Shown here one piece after another: positions 55,200-64,000 of a stretch of 64,000 nt of DNA. The DNA is taken from assembly GCA_951406725.2 (NCBI GenBank), contig OX597819.1, forward strand, positions 107,136,001 to 107,200,000, in the 5' to 3' direction. The first letter of the stretch is position 1, and each line of letters opens with the position of its first letter. The translations under genes were made by a program, and so were the position numbers. The notes beneath the pieces were generated by a model. It saw nothing but the letters and a program-made list of their open reading frames with translations, was not told the origin of the DNA and did no database searches. This DNA is from Octopus vulgaris (taxonomy: Eukaryota).

Positions 55200-55900
55200 T
55201 CTCAAGAGAAATGCTTCTTCGCTTAAATTAAAGCTAGCTGAAGAATGGTTATCGATTGTGGAATAACAACGCTTTAGTCCGCAGAGTATTTCAATGGCAT
55301 CGAAAGAAAAAAGTATATCCTCATTCCCCCAATTCGATTTCATTGACTAATATCCTCCCTTAAGACAGGACCTTTTTTCTGAAAACTATCCATTTTGTCA
55401 GAATATATACAAACATCACACAAAGCGCCATGAATATCAACAAGCAAACCAGATCTCCTTTTAATAAAATGGAAATTGTGGTATCTTTGTCACTATGCCT
55501 GCCTTTAATGCAGTTAGAAATTGGAAATAAAAATCTTCTTTATGGAACAGTTTCGTTATGTAAGAAGATGACCGTTTGAATATTATGAGTAGGTGTACAG
55601 TTAACGCCCCAAGAAAAGAATGACATCACCAATTAGCAATTCGGCTCGATAGAGAGTGTCAAAGTGAAACTAAACATGACATGGTATACTTCACTGATGT
55701 TACATTTAAACTAAACTCAAAATCTAGAAAACGTTATAATAAATTAAATATCATCGCATTCTACATGCACACAAAATCCACCCATCCTCACAAAATAAAG
55801 ACTTGCTCCAAAATATCAGCAAAAGTATAAGCACATTGTTGTCCGATAAAGTTAAGCTCGACAATGCGAAAATGAAGCACAGACACGTAGACGACATCAT
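55200..55900 (+). mobile_element. old Penelope-like (Naiad-type) RT remnant
   Basis: FPQFDFID*YP, VYFTDVTFKLN, TKSTHP...QNISKSISTL remnants. Confidence 0.6.
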
Positions 55901-58615
55901 TTTCCTAGGAAATGCTAGAAAATTAAATATATTATGTAACTCACTGTCTATAATATTGGTGTAAATACTAGTGCTGCAAACCATTTCAATCAGGAAAAAT
56001 TTTCCGAAAGGGCAAATATCCAACCAGCCGATCGAAAAGGATGAGAAAGGATTAACTACAGCGTCATGGAGAATGATTCACAATGCCATAAAGTAGAAAG
56101 AGAAATGTGTAACATATGTCGATAGATAGAAATTTGGAGAGAGTTGTTGAATCAATTCTGTTGCTGTATAACTTCTTGGTGTCTATTTCATCGATTTCGA
56201 AAGATTAAATGTAAATTTGAGCTTGGAGGAAGTGAAATCAGAAGGTAAACCGCTCTAACTAAATAGTGCGTGGAAGTTTGTCAAACGCTCTACGACTTCT
56301 CCCAATCCGAAAATCACAAAAATATTTGAAATAATCCATCGAAGAGAAAAAATTGACATAGAACACAGATCCGTCACAAAAAAATCTGATGCTAGTACAG
56401 AAGTATTGAATATAGAGCTGGATGTTTATCCGAAATTGGCCCTAACCTAGCACAACAGTTCAATCGAAAATTGCCACCTCAACACATGCGTATATATATA
56501 TATATATATATGGCGGTCAAGACAAAAAGGAGATTCCAGTATTGTCACATAGGCAATATTAGATATGGCATTATTGATTTAGAATGCATCACTAATGTGT
56601 TACAGAAACATTTCATACCATTCTACATCGAAATCCGATCTTTAACAAATGGAACGAACTGATTTCGACCTGTGAACACAGGCCAAATAATTTCTCATGC
56701 AATTCAAGTTAAAATTACATAGTACTTGATCAACATTAATCGCTCTTAAATCCATAGAATTATTTCAAAGTCAACAAATATGATTTAATTATTAGTTACA
56801 TATTTGTAGATGGATAATATGTAATTAAGGTTACCTTATAACAAATAGATATGAATAATATTCTACATACTTATAAAGCAAAGTTATGCTTAACAAACTT
56901 ATTTTATTATTACTACATAAACCAAACAGACGCGCACAGCCACACTTGCACACATGCACACACCCACACACCCACACACCACAGTCATGCATATCTATGT
57001 ATACATAAATATGTGTGTGAGTGTGTGCGTGCGTGTGTTTGTGTGTGTGTGTGTGTGTGTATGTGTGTGTGTGTTTGTGTGTGTGTGCGTTTGTGTATCT
57101 GTATGTGTAGGCATCTGTGTCTGTGTATAAACTTTTGTGAAGCCCGATATTGTAGCATTCTGTTAAATCGGTTCGAATTTCCTTCTGAATCAGAAGCAAA
57201 AGCACAAATTATATGTAATCTTGTACTTTTTGCCTAAAAATTATTGTTAGTTGGAACAAGTATAAACATGACATATAATAGCTGTACAGAAGAGTACCAA
57301 TTTAGTTGGTTACCAAATAAAATTGTTCATGGGAATGAATGCACATTCGAAACTCAAAGATGAATGATAATTGGAACGAAATTAGTATATGACACAAGTG
57401 TGTATTTGTTAAGAATTTCACTTCGCAACTAGTGATTCTCAGAAAAATTCCACTGTGCTGCACCTCAAGCAAATTATTTGTACAATGGCCTCAGGTTGGA
57501 TTGACGAGGTGTACGAAGCTCACCGAATATATATACATACAACTGTTAGTACACTGGTGTGTGTATGTATATATATGTATGTATGTGTGTGTGTGTGTGT
57601 GTGTGTATTTTCAGTTCTAAGAATGGCATTGACACCTTATCGAAGGCAAAGACACATTGTTGTATTTATTCTACTCATATTACTTAGAAATATATGTATG
57701 ACACAATAACCATCGTGATGGAGTTCAGACAGTTATTCATATAGCCATAATCAACGTGCAGCAGAATGGCAATATAATTCATTAAAATATATAAGGTTTC
57801 ACTAAATGTTAACGTATTGTGATTCAGACACAAAGGCTATTAAGATACACAGTTTAAGAAACCTGAATTGTGCCTATGGCAGAAATCAATATTTCTCCGA
57901 TTATTCGTTCCGTACAGGTCATTGGAAGATAATCGATGCAAAAAGCATTTGAAATTATTATATAGGATACGCTATCAAATATATTACAAAGTATTGTGGA
58001 ACATTATCACCAACACTGATTACATTATAAACGAGTCAGCAACGGTACATCATGGTTGTTACAAATGTTGTTAACTGGAGATAAATAATATAACTGATAT
58101 ATCATTGATATTACTAGCAAATTTACCCATTTACGATGAAGGCATGAAATGAAGGAGGGAAGTCATAACAGCAGTATGTATTGAGAAATATGTAAATGGA
58201 CTTGATAGATAACTGGGTGATGTCTTAAAGAAATCACATTATTTTTGTAATACACCATTCTATTACAGCTATATGACATGTGTTTGCGACTAAGTGATAT
58301 GTGATGACGATTGACTCCCGAACAGAAAGAGGCTCCAAACCTCTGTATCATGAATTCTTATGTAAACCACTTCTAACGGAAGCTAGAGCTTCCTTCAACC
58401 ACAACATAAAAAGTATTAAGGAAAAAATGTTATTTAGATATACTTTATTTTAGTTGTTTACACTATTTTATGCTTGTTTATACTCTTATATATTCAAAGT
58501 TCGCAAATTTCCTTATTTAAATTATGAATCATATTCCTTTCGATAATATCAATATAATAACTAAACTTCTTTGTAGACGATATTTTCTGCTTGGTCGATA
58601 CTAATTTTCAAATTA

Positions 58616-59531
58616 CTAGTGTTCGTTGCTCTACTCATAGCGACGTATAACTGACTGTGTGTAAACAGTAGAGTTAGTAAAAATACACCTACACGATCTA
58701 AAGTCTGGTCTTATGGCTTGTTTGCTGTCAGTGCGCGAGCAGAATCTTTAGGAATCTGCCCTTCTGCAATGGGAAAAATAAGTGAGAGTATCACGAATCT
58801 ACACCCTCTAAATTTAGGAACGGAGGGAGAGCGGAAGTCCAAAGTTATTCCTCATTGCTTGAATTTTAACCAAAAAAAAAAAGCCAAAGGGGATTTATTA
58901 ATACAAAACTGAATATCCATAATTGCTCAGACTACGGGCTTAGAAAAGCAGTAAACAAAAGTTAAAGGAGAGTGGGTCTTTGGCAGAATAGTGAGAATTT
59001 CTAAGAAATCTTTCTTAGTGGAAGTACCTGATCATTTTGAGTAGTCTTTGACAGCGTTAATTCAACGATGGATTCTGCAAGAAAGTCACATGGTAAGTGA
59101 TGGCTGTCGATCATACTATAATATTGGAATTTTAAATGGTGGTGCATACACTCAGCAGGTGATTGTACACGAAGAAAATATCGGTAACATGTGGATGCGT
59201 GTTAAACAGAAATTACGCTGTCAATTCGGCACTTCGGACACTGTTTGTTTCGTGATTGCACGAATTTAATTCAATGGAGAAGCAAGTTGACTTTCATCCC
59301 TTAGCTTCTTTTATTAGTTATCACAGACTTAAATTTTTATTTACTTTTTTTACGCCTGTAAACTGAACAATTAACCTCAACATCCACTAAATAATCATAA
59401 TTTTCCACATTTTTTGCGCTAAAAGACCTTCCTGATTATCTCCTTCATAATCGCGGAAACATCGTGACCATTGGTTCAGCCGTTTGACCGTGAAATGGGA
59501 ACAGACGGTCATAGCGCCCGTTTTAGTAAGA
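58616..59531 (-). mobile_element. non-autonomous Helitron-like element
   Basis: Minus strand a|TCttactaaaacg...hairpin cgtcgct..agcaacg...CTAG|t. Confidence 0.6.
58930..59270 (+). pseudogene. Merlin (IS1016/ISXO2-like) DDE transposase fragment
   Basis: VKGEWVFGRIVRISKKSFLVEVPD..SLTALIQRWILQESHMVSDGCRSY...IGNMWMRVKQKLRCQFGT. Confidence 0.8.
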
Positions 59532-60059
59532 TTACCTACGAGTCAGTAAGAGAATGTTTTAGAAAATTTAGCTGAAATTCAACGAAAGGGAATAGACTAG
59601 CCGAGTTAGCTTATGTCGAGTTAGCTTGGGCCATCGGAGTTAGCTTGAATAATTCCTAATAGTGAGAACATATGTTTCTTACTGGGACCAGATCCACTTA
59701 CTCACGAAGCTAACATACATATTCAAAATTATCTATTTTCCGATAATATAGAAAATACCCGAATCGGTATATAGGGTTGTGTCATAGATATGCTTCTTAA
59801 TATACTATAAAGTTTTGTTCCCCGGAACCGATTGATTTCGAACCACCTAAATTCAGGTATACATTCTCACTCGTCTCTGTTCCTTTCTCTGTTTTAATCA
59901 ATCGTTCAGGCCATTTACCATCTGTTTGCAGACAGCTGAAAAAATACTTTAACCAAAAAAAAAAAAAAAATTAAATTATAGCATGGTTGTTGCTTAGTCT
60001 GCTGGCTACCAATATTTTTAGACCCAGTCCGCCGCTGCATATAAATATAAATATAGAGA

Positions 60060-60396
60060 GGGTGACCGCCTTCGGTCATGAATGACCATGGGATTGCACC
60101 TAGAAAGTTACCCTCCGAGGCACAAGTCTGGGCATCATTGCTTTTTATGGAAGACCAACAGTCACCCATGCATACCAGCCTCCTCTCTCCTTGCCACCGA
60201 TGTTATCCAAGGGAAAGGCAAAGCCCGATACAGCTGCACCACTGACGTCGCAACTCATTTCTACAGCTGAGTGAACGAGAGCAACGTGAAATAAAGTGTC
60301 TTGCTCAAGAACACAAGATGCAGCCTGGTCCACGAATCGAACTCACAACCTCATGATCGTACGCCCGAAGCTCTAACCACTGAGCCATGCGCCTTC
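60060..60396 (-). mobile_element. tRNA-derived SINE
   Basis: Minus-strand head gaaggcgcatggctcagtggttagagc...gagttcgattc, then gtgttcttgagcaagacac. Confidence 0.88.
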
Positions 60397-60584
60397 ACAT
60401 ATACAAACACACACATATATATACACATACGCATGCATTTATGTACATATATATATATATGTACATATGTATATATATATAGAGATGTACGTATATATAT
60501 ATATATATATACATACATAGACGAAGACGGGTGTGTAAACAACTAACAGATGTATTAGTTTAACGCTCAGGAAGTAAGAGTCTT

Positions 60585-60619
60585 TTTTTACGTTTCGAGC
60601 CTAGGCTCTTCGACAAAAA
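60585..60619 (-). ncRNA. degenerate hammerhead-like motif
   Basis: Minus strand: uuuu UUGUCGA a gagc cuag gcuc GAAAC GU A aaaa. Confidence 0.35.
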
Positions 60620-60726
60620 GGAACACAGAAATAAACAGGGAGAGAAAATAAAAAAAAAGGTTTAGTGGCTAGCAAACTATCATGGCGAATGCCAGACATT
60701 TTATATATATATATATGTACACATAA

Positions 60727-60797
<71 letters not shown>

Positions 60798-61483
60798 TAT
60801 AAGAACAGTAAGACAAGGTAGACAATGCTAAAATAATTTTTGCGGCTTTTTCAACTTAGAATAAACCAAGAAAGACAATTAAATTGAGGTAATATTAAAT
60901 GAAGGGTTTTCTAAAAATATTCCCATAGTCCTTTGTCTGTTTCTCTGTCTCTTTCATTTTTGTCAAGGCTCTATAGGTAGTAGCAGATCTGAAGATAAAG
61001 TTAATATGAGGGATGTTGGTTCTGGAATTTGATTGTTTTAGCAGCAGCAGCCAAAGCCGAAGAAGAAGAAGAAGAAGAAGAAGAAGAAGAAAAAGAAGAA
61101 GATGAAGAAGAAGAAGATGAAGAAGAAGGAGGATGAGGGGAGGAGGAGGAGGGGCCCTTTTGAATGCTTCCACCACAAATGTCACTACTACAAGGGTCTC
61201 AGAATAATATCCACGCAAATGTGAAAAACGATATATTTAGAACAGTCACTACCTATGAATACTTTCAGAACAATTCCAATCAGTACTGCCTCAACCAGAA
61301 CAGGTCAATCTTATGTCAATTGACCATTGAAGTCTACTACTGTCATACCGCTCGCGTCATTTTCTTCATCTTTCTCCTCTTTTTCCTACACTGGAACTAT
61401 ATGTAAATATGTTTATATATACACATATATATAGAGATAGATAGATAGATAGATATACATGCATGCATATATATGTATATATA

Positions 61484-61528
<45 letters not shown>

Positions 61529-61585
61529 GTACATGTATACATATATATAAACATATATACATATATACTTGTGTGTGCGTGTGTA

Positions 61586-62030
61586 CGTGGTCTGATCAAT
61601 AGGTATCCAGACTGATGACATAGTAACAAAGCTAAAGCACGCAGAGCAAAGCCGCTTGGCACAGATTCGCCTTCATCTCTGCTATGCATGCGCATTAAGT
61701 CTGAACGTTGTAGCTCACTTCCGCTGTTTATATCAGTGCTTGGAAAGAAGGCGTGTAGTTTTTGATCGTGGCACTGTGTATGACAGGAAAAAGTTGACAG
61801 AGAATCTGGGACAAATTTCGCCAGGGGCCTACGCAAAGTTTTCAAATTTTTCATCGTACTCGACACAATCCTGAAGATCTAGTGTAACTGAAATCCCGGT
61901 GCCTTTTTGGTCAACTGCAATCTGTTTTGGTACAAACTTAGCAGACACGGGTCTCATGCACAAATCTTCAGTGATACAATAGACACAATAGGCTATTTTA
62001 GGAGCACTAATGCCATGTGCCATGCGGTGA
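61586..62030 (-). mobile_element. truncated mariner (same family as 53590)
   Basis: TIR ta|cgtggtctgatcaataggtatcc; minus-strand ITEDLCMRPVSAKFVPK. Confidence 0.85.
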
Positions 62031-62929
62031 GATCAAACACGAACCAAAAACTATATGCTTCCTTAGGGAATTACTCATTCGTACACATAAACTTGCGTAT
62101 TCATGTATATAAATCATATGTAAATTATATTTCTTTACCATTTTACTATCTTCCACAATGCTTTCATTTCTTAAATTTTTAAACTGGGTATTTTTGTTAT
62201 TCACTATTTATGAAGAAAAACAAATATGCCAACACTTCACTGCTTCATTTGATTCGCTTGGAACGTTTTAATATAACTTGTGGTTCGAGTTTTTCCACGA
62301 ATATATATTATTCATTACCATTTAAAAGAAAATAACTCTGTCAATATCAGGTTTAATACTTATAAAAATTGTAAGAAAATGGAAAATTGCAAACGTACAT
62401 TTCTAAAGAAGTGACAACGTATTCACTTTCGGTATTGAGAAAATGGAAAGATATATCTATTTAGTTTGCCTTGAGGCTTAAGAAATACAGAAAAAGAAAT
62501 GTTTTTGCTACGGATATCGACCAAATAGCGTAATCCACATTCTAGTATATTATACGTGTACGAACTTATATATATATGTATGCATATATATATAATATAT
62601 ATATTCTTTATTTCTTTTATTCTTTTATTTGTTTCAGTCATTTGACTGCGGCTATGCTGGAGCACTGCCTTTCGCCTAGCCAATCGACCCATGATTTATT
62701 CTTTATAAGCCTAGTACGAGGCGATCAACTATGTGCCTCTTGTTTATACATCTTAATTTTTTTCATGTTTTCATGTTTGTGTTTATATATTTAATCTAAG
62801 GTTTACTTGTTGAAAACGATTTCACCTCGCGAGTAAAAGTTATTTGCTTGTTAAACTAAAATCGGAAACCAATTGGTCCAGGAAATTAGATGGTAAAATG
62901 CATTTGTTTTTTCGTTTCGTTCCTGTCTT

Positions 62930-63190
62930 GTTAGTAGATTTCCCAGGCGAATGTAAAGCAGCTGAGGGGGAGGACGAGCTCTGCCAGACGGAGAAGGATG
63001 GAGGTACTGGGTGTGGGTCGGGACGACGGTCGAGGAATTATTGGAGGTCTAAGAGACTGTCGTTGTGGGAAATCCCCGTGTACAGAGATTTGATGTATAA
63101 GGTGAAGAGCAGGTGTGAGGGACCAGGAGGGAAGGAGAGGTAATTGATAAGGCGAAGGGCGTGATGCATATGGGATGGGAGGACAAGATA
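62930..63190 (-). mobile_element. Penelope-like (Neptune-type) RT fragment
   Basis: LLFTLYIKSLYTGISHNDSL and PSTSILLRLAELVLPLSCFTF in two frames. Confidence 0.75.
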
Positions 63191-63219
63191 GATACATAGA
63201 TGAATAGATAGATAGTTAA

Positions 63220-63368
63220 ATGGATTATGTACATTATGTACAATTGTCACATCTTTGTTGTTAACACAACGTTTGGGTTGATATACCATCCAGCCTTCAT
63301 CAGGTGTCTTGAGGAAATTTCGAATCTGGGTTCTCTTTCCTAAGATATTTCTCGACGTTGTTGCATTA

Positions 63369-63423
<55 letters not shown>

Positions 63424-63505
63424 TACTACTTAGGTCACTGCCTGGAATCGGACTGGGAATCTTGGGGTTAGTAGCTTGTGCTCTTAAACATTGCGTTATA
63501 TGCCC
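63220..63505 (-). mobile_element. tRNA-headed SINE-like element with internal (TAA)n and hammerhead motif
   Basis: tRNA-like head 63505-63432, microsatellite, then body with gacac CUGAUGA a ggcugg...ucaacc cAAAC GU U guguu at 63263-63308. Confidence 0.65.
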
Positions 63506-63535
63506 GTATGTACGTACATATAAAATATAGATAGA

Positions 63536-63987
63536 CTAGCTGACCCGGCGCCGTCAAAAATGACTGCTAAATTGTAGTATTTTATGTATAAATATGGATG
63601 GTAAATCAAATTAATACACTTTTCAATGTTAACTAGTGGTTTGTCTATCAACATGTGGTATCGATCATCGTTTGTTACTGAAAGAACGCTGGTTCACACA
63701 TACATTCACATACTTTTCTTGTACACGCACAGAGTTGAAACGCTGTTTGATGTTTCTTTTGGGCGTTGAAAGTTCACCATGCCACATCCATTGCAAACAC
63801 ACACACACACACACACACAGAAACATTCACATACCTTCCTTCCTTTTACATTCACATACATATACTCACAGAGATGAAACGCTCCCACAACCATCACCCC
63901 TTCCTTCGTTATCCATCTATCGCCTCTTCCTTTCCCATTCACATGTTGTGGCGGACAAAAACTCTAGAGTATTATTATAGTAGAAGA
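63536..63987 (-). mobile_element. non-autonomous Helitron
   Basis: Minus strand a|TCttctactataataa...GC-rich subterminal cggcgccgggtcag CTAG|t. Confidence 0.65.
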
Positions 63988-64000
63988 TACATACTTACAA

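Overview
AT-rich, microsatellite-dense eukaryotic DNA. The SINE families and repeat content suggest a cephalopod (octopus-like) intergenic or intronic region; this is an inference. No host protein-coding exon could be supported, and most short ORFs in the track are microsatellite artefacts. Main contents: (1) a ~16 kb pile-up (17.2-32.6 kb) of co-oriented R4/Dong-type non-LTR retrotransposon pieces interleaved with (TAA)n arrays, including one young 5'-truncated RT + restriction-like endonuclease copy; (2) decayed Penelope-like elements (Naiad-type and Neptune-type), an RTE LINE fragment, Tc1/mariner remnants, a MITE, a Merlin transposase fragment and non-autonomous Helitrons; (3) many tRNA-derived SINEs; (4) a series of minimal type I hammerhead-ribozyme-like motifs, several with a non-canonical CCGANGA core, sitting in inverted-repeat cassettes, and one inside an apparent tRNA-headed SINE. 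Boundaries of decayed elements are approximate and all translations were done by eye.
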